The notes under the pieces were generated by a model. The model saw only the letters and a program-made list of their open reading frames with translations. It ran no database searches and was not told the DNA's origin. The position numbers were made by a program, and so were the translations under genes. A stretch of 64,000 bases of DNA. Source: Elusimicrobiaceae bacterium. Lineage in GTDB: Bacteria > Elusimicrobiota > Elusimicrobia > Elusimicrobiales > Elusimicrobiaceae. Location: NCBI GenBank assembly GCA_045658545.1, contig JAZOVE010000008.1, forward strand, positions 16,995 through 80,994, written 5' to 3'. Below, piece by piece: positions 18,743 to 28,322 of the stretch (position 1 is the stretch's first letter; the number at the start of each line of letters is the position of its first letter).

Positions 18743-19945
18743 TTAGAAATTCGGAACGATAGTCGGTCCAATTTCTTGTTCATCTCTATCATAACCGTTC
18801 CAGAATATATTTTCAACTTCTTTATTTATATTTTGGCGTTCGGCCTCGGCTTCCTGTATGGCTGCTTCACCAAGTTTTTGGACATGTAACAAACCGCCCA
18901 AGATATTACCGAGAACTAAAAGATCATTATCAATACCTTCTGTGGCTACTTCATCAAGTGAATAAGCAATAACTTCATCATCTGTAGCTGTACCATTTAT
19001 AATTCCATCTCTTATTGCGGCGATATCGCTAATATCAAGTGTTTCTGTTGCATTAGAAGCATAAGTATCGGTAGTAGCAACAACTGTTGCTACTGTAGCA
19101 ATTAATACTGCTAATGGAGTTAAAACAGATAAGCCCTTCACAACTTTTCCTGCTTCGGCGCCTTCTCCTACTTTAGCAGCTTCTCCTTTTTTGATTTTCT
19201 GTCCTAAATTTTTGTATCTTACGTGAGTAGCAGCCTGACTAACAGGCATATCAGCAAGAACTTTAAATGAATTTTTATATTTAGAGAGTTCTTGTAAAAA
19301 ACCTTTAAACCAAGCTTTAACTTCTTTAGCGAAATATCTGCCTTTAAAAGGAATTTTACCGCCAGAATACTGATATCCGACAAACAAATTATCAGCTGTT
19401 AATTTCCCTTCTTTTATAATTGACCTCATCAATTTATTATATTCTCCGGCTTTAGTAGATGTAAAAGAAATAGTTTTAATATTATTAAATAATTCTAAAG
19501 TTTCCTTTTCCAATTCAGTAACTCTTCCTGCTGTCCCACCGGAATTAAAACTATATACATTTTTTACACTTGAAGAACCCATTGAGTTCAATTCATTTAT
19601 ATTTAACTCTATTTTATTGAGTAATGCATTACTAAAAAGTCCATCAGCTGAGAATTTCCTAGATAGTAAAGTAACGCCTGACTCATCAATAGCCTTAGTC
19701 GTAGCTGATACAGAATTTATAGCTTGTTTAAATTCTGTTAATGTTTTAGACCATCTATTCATATCTATAGTACCACTGGTAGATTTTGCTTGCTTAAAGA
19801 TTTGTTCAATAGCACTTTCGAAATTCTTAAGTGCCTGTTCTGCCTCTACTGACGCTACATTTCCTTGTGCAAATGCCATGTTGTTTGACGTAATTAAAAC
19901 AAAACTAAGCATTAAGCACAGGTACTTCTTGATTGTTTTTTTCAT
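18743..19945 (-). CDS. Secreted/membrane hypothetical protein (400 aa)
   Basis: Start set at MKKTIKKYLCLMLSFVLITSNNMAFA (19945), which has a GGAG SD. The 20041 start lies inside the operator/promoter. A hydrophobic segment (LSVLTPLAVLIATVATVVATT) lies near residue 300. No recognisable domain. Confidence 0.6.
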   Translation of the reverse strand: MKKTIKKYLCLMLSFVLITSNNMAFAQGNVASVEAEQALKNFESAIEQIFKQAKSTSGTIDMNRWSKTLTEFKQAINSVSATTKAIDESGVTLLSRKFSADGLFSNALLNKIELNINELNSMGSSSVKNVYSFNSGGTAGRVTELEKETLELFNNIKTISFTSTKAGEYNKLMRSIIKEGKLTADNLFVGYQYSGGKIPFKGRYFAKEVKAWFKGFLQELSKYKNSFKVLADMPVSQAATHVRYKNLGQKIKKGEAAKVGEGAEAGKVVKGLSVLTPLAVLIATVATVVATTDTYASNATETLDISDIAAIRDGIINGTATDDEVIAYSLDEVATEGIDNDLLVLGNILGGLLHVQKLGEAAIQEAEAERQNINKEVENIFWNGYDRDEQEIGPTIVPNF

Positions 19946-19981
19946 GTTATCTCCTTGGCTTATCGCCATACTTACACAAAT

Positions 19982-20049
19982 ATTATAAATATTTTTACTT
20001 TGCTTAACAAGGGCCATTGGGCCTATATTAAAAAGGACCAAAGGACCTA
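19982..20049 (-). promoter_or_regulatory. Two-unit TAGGTCC/CCCTTG operator-promoter of the 400-aa secreted protein gene
   Basis: The minus strand reads TAGGTCCTTTGGTCCTTT..TAGGCCCAATGGCCCTTG. The -35 TTGTTA (20005..20010), a 17-nt spacer, then the -10 TATAAT (19982..19987). Confidence 0.65.
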
Positions 20050-20074
20050 TGCCATATTTTTACATTTTAAGGAC

Positions 20075-21823
20075 TTACCTGCCGCCACCGCCGCCGAAGC
20101 CGCCCTTTCCAAAACCTCCGCCGAAAGCACCAACCCCTACACCTGATGATTTATATGCCCTTAAACAAGCTGTTACCGTAAATAAAAGACCAAAATTAAA
20201 AGCAGTACCGGAAATTAATGGGTCATAAGCATCTTGTAAGTGAAAATCAATTTTACTTTTAAATTTTTTAAACCATTTGCTTTCCATACCAAAAGCATAA
20301 GCATAGGGTAAATAATCGCAAAATATTTTGCCTGCTTTAGTCGGGTCTGAAAGGGCTGTACGCCCGCGTTCTGCAATAGTCATATACTTTTTAAATGCGG
20401 CAAGTTCGTCGCGTAAAATAACACCGTTAAGCATTAAATTATTTACAAGGTGTGCAAAAAGTGCCGTCATAAAACATGTAATTAGTATTGCCAAAACATT
20501 TGGGTTTAGTAAAAATTTAGCAGATAATACCGTCGAAACCACCACCCTCGTAAATACAATAAGCATAGCAACAAGTATTATAACCCTTTTAATATTCCTT
20601 GTATAAACACCTATTAATATAGGGATAATAAAATTAAGTATTACACCAAACAATAATTCCGGCACGACACCGCGGCTACAAAAATAAAACAACATAGCAA
20701 TAAAAAATATTATAGGGAAAAGCATATACATAAAATTATTTATTATATAATCTTTTATCTTTTCTTCATAATAATAATTGATTGATAATAAACCCTTTTC
20801 CAAATATTTATAGCCGTCTTTATCAAACTTGAATTGTGACGGTAAACTCATCATCATACGGGCCTCGTCTTCCTCTAAATCGGAGTAACCATTGTCTAAT
20901 TTTTCGCACTCGGTCTTTTTCCATTTATGAAATGTAATTTTAATTTTTTTCTTCACAAGTAAAGAGGCAAGAACCGTCGCCAAATTCCTGCTGCTGAATT
21001 TACCGTTTAAAAAGTAACTTGCAAAACCGGCGGATATTCCTTCCGGCGGTGAAAACCTTTGCGGCAAATTTCTTTCCTTAGGATCCCGCCCAACCAAATA
21101 CCAAATAATATAGTAGTAAAGTAAAATCAAAATGCAAACAAGAACGGGCATATATTCCATCTCATACCACTTGAATTGAAATAAGCCCTTTTTCATCGGT
21201 AAATATATACTGAAAGCTTGGCCTTGTTTGAGCGGTTTTGAGGTTTCAAAAAAGAAAACATTTTCTTCCAATTGTTTAAATGATGGTTGTTCTATTTCGA
21301 TATTACCGTCGTAAATTTTTATTTTATTGTTTAAAACTTTTGCGACAAAAGGGACTGTAAGTGTAATGTTTGCATTTTCTATCGGCAAAGTCCAAGATAC
21401 ACCTGTTACCGGCCAAAGTAAAAAATCTTTAAAAGCACCGGAGCTGACGGTATTTTCCAATGTATAAGTGAAGGCATAAGTATGTTTGCCAAGCGGTAAA
21501 AAATCATCTGTACCGAAATTTATTTTTAAGCCGCCGTTCTCATCTACGGCATTATAAGGATGTTCCCTGCCGTCTAGATATAAACTTTGTACTTTTATAT
21601 ATTTTCCGGCATCATAGGGTATTTTGCGGTATAAACCGCGCTTGATTTGGTTATGCTCCGCCGTAAAAGTTATATATTCTTTGACGGTGGCGGAAGTATC
21701 ATCTTTTAAATGTAAATGGACTTCGAAATTATTTATTTTTTCTTCCGCCGCAAGCGGTAAAGAAAGTGCCAAACAAAGCGCCGAACAAAGCACGACCGCA
21801 AACAATTTAAACAAATTTTTCAT
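20075..21823 (-). CDS. DUF2207-like membrane protein
   Basis: 582 aa: signal peptide, an extracytoplasmic N-domain, several TM helices, and a Gly-rich tail (GVGAFGGGFGKGGFGGGGGR) characteristic of DUF2207 proteins. Confidence 0.55.
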   Translation of the reverse strand: MKNLFKLFAVVLCSALCLALSLPLAAEEKINNFEVHLHLKDDTSATVKEYITFTAEHNQIKRGLYRKIPYDAGKYIKVQSLYLDGREHPYNAVDENGGLKINFGTDDFLPLGKHTYAFTYTLENTVSSGAFKDFLLWPVTGVSWTLPIENANITLTVPFVAKVLNNKIKIYDGNIEIEQPSFKQLEENVFFFETSKPLKQGQAFSIYLPMKKGLFQFKWYEMEYMPVLVCILILLYYYIIWYLVGRDPKERNLPQRFSPPEGISAGFASYFLNGKFSSRNLATVLASLLVKKKIKITFHKWKKTECEKLDNGYSDLEEDEARMMMSLPSQFKFDKDGYKYLEKGLLSINYYYEEKIKDYIINNFMYMLFPIIFFIAMLFYFCSRGVVPELLFGVILNFIIPILIGVYTRNIKRVIILVAMLIVFTRVVVSTVLSAKFLLNPNVLAILITCFMTALFAHLVNNLMLNGVILRDELAAFKKYMTIAERGRTALSDPTKAGKIFCDYLPYAYAFGMESKWFKKFKSKIDFHLQDAYDPLISGTAFNFGLLFTVTACLRAYKSSGVGVGAFGGGFGKGGFGGGGGR

Positions 21824-21887
21824 ACTAATATTATATCAAGTTTTTGTAGTGGTTAAATTTTAATATTCACAATATTTTTTGCTATAA

Positions 21888-22397
21888 TTAATAACTATAA
21901 CCACAATAATTGGTATAACTGCAAGTCCCTTTCTTTCTTGTTTCCTTTTGACATAAACGGTTTGGAATATCAGAAGTATCTTTACTGTATGCTAAGCAAT
22001 ATTGAGGTTTATTAGTAGATCTTGTTATGTAATAAGATACTTTTTTACCTGCAATTGTTCTCCAACAAACAGTTTCATCTACGGTAAACCTAATCGAACA
22101 TCTAATACCTTCCGGAGTAGAAAACTCATATTCGCCGGCATCTGCATAAGTTCGTTTCGCGCCGGGGAAAGATATATCTAAATCAGCCAATTTTCTTGGG
22201 GTAGTATTATTAATCAGATAATAACGCTGGATAGATTCGGCAACACTTTTAGCCATATTTTTTACAGTAGTGAATTTACTTTTTGCAACCACCATTTTAT
22301 ATTGCGGCAGGGCAATAGCTGCAAGTATACCGATAATCAAAACGACCATCAGCAATTCAAGCAAAGTAAAACCTTTTTTACTATTTTTTAATTTCAT
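21888..22397 (-). CDS. Type IV pilin-like protein (prepilin-type N-terminal cleavage/methylation domain)
   Basis: N-terminus MKLKNSKKG/FTLLELLMVVLIIGILAAIALPQY has a class III signal peptide with Glu+5. The C-terminal region contains Cys residues. Confidence 0.85.
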   Translation of the reverse strand: MKLKNSKKGFTLLELLMVVLIIGILAAIALPQYKMVVAKSKFTTVKNMAKSVAESIQRYYLINNTTPRKLADLDISFPGAKRTYADAGEYEFSTPEGIRCSIRFTVDETVCWRTIAGKKVSYYITRSTNKPQYCLAYSKDTSDIPNRLCQKETRKKGTCSYTNYCGYSY

Positions 22398-22671
22398 AAT
22401 TTCTCCTAAATTTTTAATTTTTTTACAAATTTACTACTTAAAATTTTATTTCACGGTTTGCCTCCTTTTTTAAAATAAAAAAAGCAACGGTATATTAATG
22501 GAATTCCAGTGACACTAATAACCGCTGCTTTTCTTATCAAAAAGATAAGAAAGCAAACGATTATTTGAAGTCTGGAATTCCCTCTAAGGTTACCCTTAAA
22601 GTTCAGCTCGGGCTTCCCCCAAGCATCAACAAATAATCTGCTTACAAATTTAAAAGCCAATTATGGCTTAC
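22398..22671 (-). promoter_or_regulatory. Structured ~275-nt 5' leader of the pilin-like gene, with an internal intrinsic terminator
   Basis: Reading the minus strand:
- A 5' hairpin, AAGCC-N6-GGCUU.
- A ~14-bp closing stem (AAGCAGAUUAUUUG / CAAAUAAUC..UGCUU) around two hairpins: GCUUGGG-GGAAG-CCCGAGC, and CUUUAAGG-GUAA-CCUUAGAG with a GNRA loop.
- A 10-bp hairpin, CUUUCUUAUC/GAUAAGAAAG.
- A terminator, AGCAGCGGU..ACCGUUGCU followed by U7 (22476..22529).
- GGAAUUCCAG and CUGGAAUUCC can pair as an alternative structure. Confidence 0.5.
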
Positions 22672-22677
22672 ATCTTA

Positions 22678-22706
22678 ATATTAAAAATTTTTTAAAGCAT
22701 TTTCAA
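22678..22706 (-). promoter_or_regulatory. Sigma70-type promoter of the pilin-like gene leader
   Basis: The minus strand reads TTGAAA (22701..22706), a 17-nt spacer, then TAATAT (22678..22683). Confidence 0.55.
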
Positions 22707-22749
22707 CTTCTGAAAAATCACAATCTAAATTAGCACTCTAAAAAGGGGA

Positions 22750-22778
22750 TTGACAATTTTGAAAAAATTATATACAAT
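22750..22778 (+). promoter_or_regulatory. Sigma70-type promoter of the hrcA-grpE-dnaK-dnaJ operon
   Basis: TTGACA (22750..22755), a 17-nt spacer, then TACAAT (22773..22778). Confidence 0.75.
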
Positions 22779-22779
22779 A

Positions 22780-22806
22780 TTAGCAGTCGCTTAAACAGGG
22801 TGCTAA
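22780..22806 (+). promoter_or_regulatory. CIRCE operator (HrcA binding site)
   Basis: TTAGCAGTC-N9-GGGTGCTAA versus the consensus TTAGCACTC-N9-GAGTGCTAA (2 mismatches). It lies immediately downstream of the -10 and upstream of hrcA. Confidence 0.85.
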
Positions 22807-22868
22807 AAATAAGCATAAAAAGCGGCGCGGTAAAAACGAAATTAAATCCGCAAAAAGAAAGGTTAATT

Positions 22869-23969
22869 ATGAGAATACTAAAACCGGAAGTTGTAAAAGA
22901 CAGGGAAGAAAAAATTCTTAGAATGATTATTCAAGAATTTGTGGAAAACAGAAAACCGGTCGGCTCGGAACTTGTAGCCAAGAAGGGCTTAAAAGGTGTT
23001 TCCAGCGCAACTATCAGAAATATAATGAAAAAGCTTGAAGATGACGGCTTTTTATATCAGCCGCATGCATCGGGCGGTAGAATCCCCACCGATAAAGCTT
23101 ATAGGTTTTATGTAGATTACCTTTCAAAAATACAAAAAATAGCGGTAAAAGAGCGTCAAAAAATCGAGGAAGAGTATAAACAAAATATAGGCGAAGTTAA
23201 CCGCCTTATGACGCAGACCTGCAAAATGCTGTCTGCCTTAACTCACTCTGCGGGGTTTGTCCTGCAAAACAGTGTGGAAGAGTCCACCGTTCAACGCTTT
23301 GATTTTATACCGCTTGGGCCTTGTAATGTTCTTGCCGTTTTGGTAACGGAAGAAGGTTCAGTAAAACATTGGCCGGTTAGGATAAGGAAACCCATTTCCC
23401 CGGCGCGTTTGGTGATGATAAATGCCTTTATTAATGAGGAAATATCCGGTAAAAGTTACCGCTCTGCCCAACGCATTTTATGGACCGCTTTAAATCAAGG
23501 CCAATGCGATAGCGAAGGCTTCACCGAACTTGCTTATAATATATTAAAGGAACTTGCAGAACACCAAACAAATGCAGACCAATTATATATTGAAGGTTTA
23601 AGCGAGCTTATTGACACCGTCTCCCCCGAGGACTTTATGGACTTCGGCCAGATGATGCGCGTTATGGAAGAACGCGACAAATTTGCATTACTCTTAAATG
23701 AAAAAATGCAAAATTTACAAAAAGCAGACGGACAAAACCAAATATCGGTAACTATCGGTGAAGAAAACCGCATGCAGGAATTAAAGAATTTAAGCATAAT
23801 ATCCTCTGCTTGTAAAGTGGGTGGCAAAACCGTGGGGCTTATCGGCATAGTGGGGCCGAAGCACATGGAATATACTAAAATGATTTCCCTCGTTAATTTT
23901 ATAGGCCAAATGCTCGGCAGCACAATTACAAATTGGCGCACTGAGTTAGAGGATAAGGAAGGTAAATAA
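22869..23969 (+). CDS. hrcA: Heat-inducible transcription repressor HrcA
   Basis: The N-terminal winged helix follows the HrcA pattern (REEKILRMIIQEF..NRKPVGSE..V....L.GVSSATIRN.M..LE..G). Start set at MRILKPEV (22869), because the 22800 start overlaps CIRCE. Confidence 0.9.
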   Translation: MRILKPEVVKDREEKILRMIIQEFVENRKPVGSELVAKKGLKGVSSATIRNIMKKLEDDGFLYQPHASGGRIPTDKAYRFYVDYLSKIQKIAVKERQKIEEEYKQNIGEVNRLMTQTCKMLSALTHSAGFVLQNSVEESTVQRFDFIPLGPCNVLAVLVTEEGSVKHWPVRIRKPISPARLVMINAFINEEISGKSYRSAQRILWTALNQGQCDSEGFTELAYNILKELAEHQTNADQLYIEGLSELIDTVSPEDFMDFGQMMRVMEERDKFALLLNEKMQNLQKADGQNQISVTIGEENRMQELKNLSIISSACKVGGKTVGLIGIVGPKHMEYTKMISLVNFIGQMLGSTITNWRTELEDKEGK

Positions 23970-24607
23970 TGTCAAAAAAGAAACTTAAAGAGGAACTTGA
24001 AGAAGAACTCGTGCAAGAGCACGAGCCGCTTGAAGACGACATGGAAGACATGCAAGATCAGCCGCAAGAGCAAGAACCTCAAGACAAAGCCCTTGAAGAA
24101 GAAAAAGCAAAAGCCCAAAATTATTTGGACCAGCTTCTCCGCCTTCAGGCCGACTTTGAAAATTACCGAAAGCGCACGGAAAAGGAAAAACCTTTGCTAA
24201 TCTCTTTCGGGAAAGCCGAGGTTTTAAAATCACTCTTGCCGATGTACGATAATTTACTTAAAGCAAAGGGGGAGTTTAATAAAGAAGGTGTAGAAGTAAA
24301 ACATTTAAAACACGGGCTTAATATGATTTTAGAGGAAGTTGAAAAATCATTTAAAGCTCAAGGTTTAAAGGTGTTAGACGGGGTTGGCAAACCCTATAAC
24401 CCAATGACCCAAGAAGTTGTAACAACCGTGCCTTGCCCTGCCAAAGACGACGGCAAAGTTTTGCAAGAGCTTGTTAAAGCTGTGGAACTTGACGGCAAAA
24501 TCATCAGGCCCGCGCAAGTAGTAGTTTGCAAAGCGGCCGAAGTTAAAGACGGTAAAGCACAAAACGAAGCAGCAAGTAACGACAATAAAGAAAATCAAGA
24601 TAAATAA
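23969..24607 (+). CDS. grpE: Nucleotide exchange factor GrpE
   Basis: An acidic N-terminus is followed by the [13 protein letters not shown] motif. It has a TAATG overlap with hrcA. Confidence 0.92.
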   Translation: MSKKKLKEELEEELVQEHEPLEDDMEDMQDQPQEQEPQDKALEEEKAKAQNYLDQLLRLQADFENYRKRTEKEKPLLISFGKAEVLKSLLPMYDNLLKAKGEFNKEGVEVKHLKHGLNMILEEVEKSFKAQGLKVLDGVGKPYNPMTQEVVTTVPCPAKDDGKVLQELVKAVELDGKIIRPAQVVVCKAAEVKDGKAQNEAASNDNKENQDK

Positions 24608-24624
24608 ATTTAAGGAGAAAATAT

Positions 24625-26496
24625 ATGTCTAAAATTATTGGTATTGACTTAGGAACATCAAATACGGCAGCAGCCGTTATGGAAGGCGGTAAACCTACAA
24701 TTATCCCTTCTGCAGAAGGTAACTCTATCGGCGGTAAAGCATTTCCGTCATACGTTGCATTTACGAAAGACGGTCAAAGATTAGTCGGCGAACCGGCAAG
24801 GAAACAAGCAGTTTTGAACCCGGAAGGTACCGCAACCGCTTTTAAACGCCGCATGGGTGAAAATTATAAATTTGATTTACGCGGGCATGAATTTACCCCC
24901 CAACAACTTTCAGCTTTCGTCTTACAAAAAGTTAAAAAAGATGCCGAAGCCTTTTTGGGTACAACCGTTGAAAAAGCAGTTATTACAGTTCCTGCTTACT
25001 TTAACGATAACCAAAGGCAGGCAACAAAAGACGCAGGCAAAATTGCAGGGCTTGAAGTTGTCCGCTTATTAAACGAACCGACCGCAGCCGCACTTGCTTA
25101 CGGTATTGATAAAACCGGTAAAGACCAAAAGATTTTGGTTTTTGACCTCGGCGGCGGTACACTAGATGTTACCATTATGGAAATGGGTAAAGAAGGTACA
25201 TTTGACGTTTTAGCAACTTCCGGTGATACAAAACTCGGCGGAACTGATATGGATAATGCCATAATCGATTGGTTAGTTGATGACTTTAAGAAAACAACCG
25301 GCATCAATTTAGCAAACGATAAACAAGCCATGATGCGTTTAAGAGATGCGGCTGAAAAAGCAAAAATCGAACTTTCCACAACAATGGAAACAGATATTAA
25401 TTTGCCTTTCATCACCTCTGACCAAAACGGCCCGAAACACTTGGAAACAAAACTTTCCCGCGCTAAACTTGAAAGCTTAGTCCGCCCCACAGTTGAACGC
25501 TGCGGTGCTTCAATTGACAGAGCAGTTAGCGACAGTAAACTTTCAATGAGCAATATTGATAAAATCATTATGGTCGGCGGTCCTACACGTATGCCTATCG
25601 TGCAAGAATATGTTGAAAAACATGTCGGCAAAAAAATCGAACGCGGTATTGACCCTATGGAATGCGTGGCAGACGGTGCCGCAATTCAAGCAGGTGTTTT
25701 AACAGGTGATGTAAAAGATATCCTTTTACTCGACGTTACACCTTTATCACTCGGTCTTGAAACCTTGGGCGGTGTTATGACAAAACTTATTGACAGAAAC
25801 ACCACAATCCCTGTAAGGAAAACCCAAGTATTTTCAACCGCGGCAGATAATCAGCCGGCAGTAACAGTCAATGTTTTGCAAGGTGAACGCCCTATGGCAA
25901 AAGACAATGTACCACTCGGTAAATTTGACCTTGACGGTATTCCGCCAGCCCCGCGCGGCGTTCCTCAAATTGAAGTTACTTTTGATATTGACGCAAACGG
26001 TATCTTAAAAGTTTCCGCAAAAGATTTGGGCACAAATAAAGAACAACATATTACGATCAGCGCCCCAAATAAATTAAGCGAAGAAGAAGTCAATAACTTC
26101 GTCAAGCAAGCAGAAAAGTTTGCGGAAGAAGATAAGAAAACCAAAGAAAGAATCGAAGTCAAAAATGAGGCTGATACCGTCTTATATACAACCGAAAAAG
26201 CACTGAAAGAACACGGTGATAAAATCGGCCAAGACGAACGCCTTAAAATTGACCAGGCACTTTCCGAACTTAAAGAAGCCGTCAAAACCGACGACGTTGA
26301 ACGTATCAAAAAAGCAAAAGATGAGGCCTTAACGGCAAGCCAAAAATTGGGCGAAATTATTTATAAAGAAGCCCAAGCAAAGGCAAACCCGCAAGCAAAT
26401 GCTAACGGTGCAGCAGGCGCACAAGCGCAAGCAAATCCGCAAGGCGAACCTAAAAAAGATGATGTAGTTGAAGCAGAAGTCGTAGACGGTAAATAA
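24625..26496 (+). CDS. dnaK: Molecular chaperone DnaK (Hsp70)
   Basis: 623 aa with Hsp70 signatures ([31 protein letters not shown]). Confidence 0.98.
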   Translation: MSKIIGIDLGTSNTAAAVMEGGKPTIIPSAEGNSIGGKAFPSYVAFTKDGQRLVGEPARKQAVLNPEGTATAFKRRMGENYKFDLRGHEFTPQQLSAFVLQKVKKDAEAFLGTTVEKAVITVPAYFNDNQRQATKDAGKIAGLEVVRLLNEPTAAALAYGIDKTGKDQKILVFDLGGGTLDVTIMEMGKEGTFDVLATSGDTKLGGTDMDNAIIDWLVDDFKKTTGINLANDKQAMMRLRDAAEKAKIELSTTMETDINLPFITSDQNGPKHLETKLSRAKLESLVRPTVERCGASIDRAVSDSKLSMSNIDKIIMVGGPTRMPIVQEYVEKHVGKKIERGIDPMECVADGAAIQAGVLTGDVKDILLLDVTPLSLGLETLGGVMTKLIDRNTTIPVRKTQVFSTAADNQPAVTVNVLQGERPMAKDNVPLGKFDLDGIPPAPRGVPQIEVTFDIDANGILKVSAKDLGTNKEQHITISAPNKLSEEEVNNFVKQAEKFAEEDKKTKERIEVKNEADTVLYTTEKALKEHGDKIGQDERLKIDQALSELKEAVKTDDVERIKKAKDEALTASQKLGEIIYKEAQAKANPQANANGAAGAQAQANPQGEPKKDDVVEAEVVDGK

Positions 26497-26508
26497 GTTG
26501 TAATTTAA

Positions 26509-26546
26509 CCCCTGCCGAACAAACGGCAGGGGTTTTAATTTTTTAT
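26509..26546 (+). terminator. Intrinsic terminator/attenuator between dnaK and dnaJ
   Basis: CCCCTGCCG-aacaaa-CGGCAGGGG followed by TTTTAATTTTTT. Confidence 0.75.
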
Positions 26547-26559
26547 AAAGTGTGCAAAT

Positions 26560-27693
26560 ATGGCAAAAGAAGATTATTATGAAACCCTAGGCGTTAGCAG
26601 AAATGCAAGCGCGCAAGAATTAAAATCAGCTTACCGCAAATTAGCGATGAAATATCATCCGGACCGTAACCCCTCGCCGGAAGCTGAAGAGCAATTTAAA
26701 AAAATTAATGAGGCATATGAAGTTTTATCAGACCCTCAAAAAAAGCAAATGTATGATACTTACGGCGCAGATGCCGTAAATAACGGCGGCTTTGGCGGTG
26801 GCTTTCAAGGCGGTGGCTTTGGCGGTTTTGAAGATATTTTCAGTTCAGTTTTCAGTGATATGTTCGGCGGCTCTTTCGGCGGCGGTTTTGGCGGTAAACG
26901 CAAACGCGCGCGCCGAGGAAATGATTTACAACAAAAAGTTGAAGTTACTTTAGAGCAAGCCTATACCGGAGTGGAAGAAGAAGAAATTACTTATTCCCGC
27001 ATTGATACATGTGATGTTTGCCACGGAACAGGCGCGGAAGAAGGCTCATCCACCAAAACTTGCCCGACTTGTAAAGGCTCAGGCGTAGTGCAATTCAGCC
27101 AAGGGTTTTTCTCCATGCGCCAACCCTGCCCCGATTGCGGCGGGCAAGGCACAATTTTGGAACGACCCTGTAAAGCATGCAAAGGCAGCGGCAGAACTAA
27201 AAAGAAAAATACTTTAAAAGTAAAACTCCCCCCCGGCATAAAAGAGGGCAGCGTTTTACGCGTTGCAAACGGCGGCGATATCGGCACATTTGACGGCGGA
27301 TACGGCGATTTATATTTGCAAGTTAAAGTTAAGCCGCACAAAATTTTTGAACGCGATAATAATGACTTAATTTTGAATACGGAAATTTCTTATCCGCAAG
27401 CGGTTTTGGGCGGCGAAATCAAAGTCCAGAATTTAATGAAGGAAGAATTAACTGTGGAAATCCCCAAAGGTTCAACCGACGGTTCTGTACTTAATATTGA
27501 AGGGCAAGGTATGCCTGTTTTGGAACGCGCGAACAAAAAAGGTGCTATGCGTGTTGTGCTAAACATTAAAGTACCCAAGAAAGTTACACCGCGCCAAAAA
27601 GAACTTTTGGAAGAACTTGCCAAAACCTTTGACGAAGATATTAAGACGACGAAAAAAGGCCTTTTTGACAAGTTATTTGGTTGGTTCTTATAA
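26560..27693 (+). CDS. dnaJ: Molecular chaperone DnaJ (Hsp40)
   Basis: Has a J domain with HPD (KYHPDRN), a G/F-rich linker and four CxxCxGxG zinc motifs. Confidence 0.96.
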   Translation: MAKEDYYETLGVSRNASAQELKSAYRKLAMKYHPDRNPSPEAEEQFKKINEAYEVLSDPQKKQMYDTYGADAVNNGGFGGGFQGGGFGGFEDIFSSVFSDMFGGSFGGGFGGKRKRARRGNDLQQKVEVTLEQAYTGVEEEEITYSRIDTCDVCHGTGAEEGSSTKTCPTCKGSGVVQFSQGFFSMRQPCPDCGGQGTILERPCKACKGSGRTKKKNTLKVKLPPGIKEGSVLRVANGGDIGTFDGGYGDLYLQVKVKPHKIFERDNNDLILNTEISYPQAVLGGEIKVQNLMKEELTVEIPKGSTDGSVLNIEGQGMPVLERANKKGAMRVVLNIKVPKKVTPRQKELLEELAKTFDEDIKTTKKGLFDKLFGWFL

Positions 27694-27728
27694 GCGGTTT
27701 TTTGTGTTGCTTTAACAAGTTTATAAAG

Positions 27729-27746
27729 CCCCCGGCTTCGCCGGGG
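27729..27746. terminator. Hairpin between convergent dnaJ and the pilin-like gene (probable bidirectional terminator)
   Basis: CCCCGGC-ttc-GCCGGGG with AT-rich flanks on both sides. Confidence 0.5.
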
Positions 27747-27776
27747 AATATTTATTGTTGTGAACTGTGTTGAAAA

Positions 27777-28322
27777 TTAAAGTTGATATTCTTCATAACC
27801 ATCAATTAGTTTTCCACCGAGTGCTTTGCAGACTTTATGGGCTTCATCACCAGTGGGTGAACAGATTATTTTATCACGAAATTCTTCGTAATCTGGGTCA
27901 TCAGGTTGGTACATCCATATTGAAAACGTTTTACCTCTATCTATATCATGTCTACAATAAACATAACCTGTTGCTTCCTCATTAGCAAAACAATACCAAT
28001 AATCATTTTCGCATTCTACGCTATCACCACAATCTCCGTCATTCCAATCACTCGGCCAATTAACACCTAAAGCAGAAGCATTTCTTAAATCATAACTGCC
28101 ATGTCGTAATTTATATTCTTGCAAAGCATCTTTCCAACGACGCATGATAGGTAAAATGCTTGCTACTTTTGCTTTTGTTACAGCCATTTCATACTGCGGT
28201 AATGCAATACTTGCAAGTATGCCGATAATCAAAACAACTACCAGCAATTCAAGCAAAGTAAAACCTTTGCTTGAGGAAAAGATACTTAAAGTATCTTTAA
28301 TTTTATTTACTAATTTTTTCAT
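27777..28322 (-). CDS. Type IV pilin-like protein (prepilin-type N-terminal cleavage/methylation domain)
   Basis: Contains ...SSSKG/FTLLELLVVVLIIGILASIALPQY. Start set at MKKLVNK (28322) with an AAGGAG SD. The leader peptide is unusually long (~19 aa). The C-terminal half is Cys-rich. Confidence 0.85.
   Translation of the reverse strand: MKKLVNKIKDTLSIFSSSKGFTLLELLVVVLIIGILASIALPQYEMAVTKAKVASILPIMRRWKDALQEYKLRHGSYDLRNASALGVNWPSDWNDGDCGDSVECENDYWYCFANEEATGYVYCRHDIDRGKTFSIWMYQPDDPDYEEFRDKIICSPTGDEAHKVCKALGGKLIDGYEEYQL

Noticed and set aside
22451-22660. 69-aa ORF (minus strand) between the pilin-like gene and its promoter
   Set aside because: It has no Shine-Dalgarno sequence and its composition is odd. 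It runs straight through the stems and the U7 terminator of the leader, so it is better explained as non-coding structured RNA.
22730-22738. Second TTAGCACTC half-site ~50 bp upstream of the CIRCE element
   Set aside because: It is a perfect left half-site, but the sequence 9 nt downstream (GATTGACAA) is not the inverted partner. It overlaps the -35 region and is probably not a functional CIRCE.
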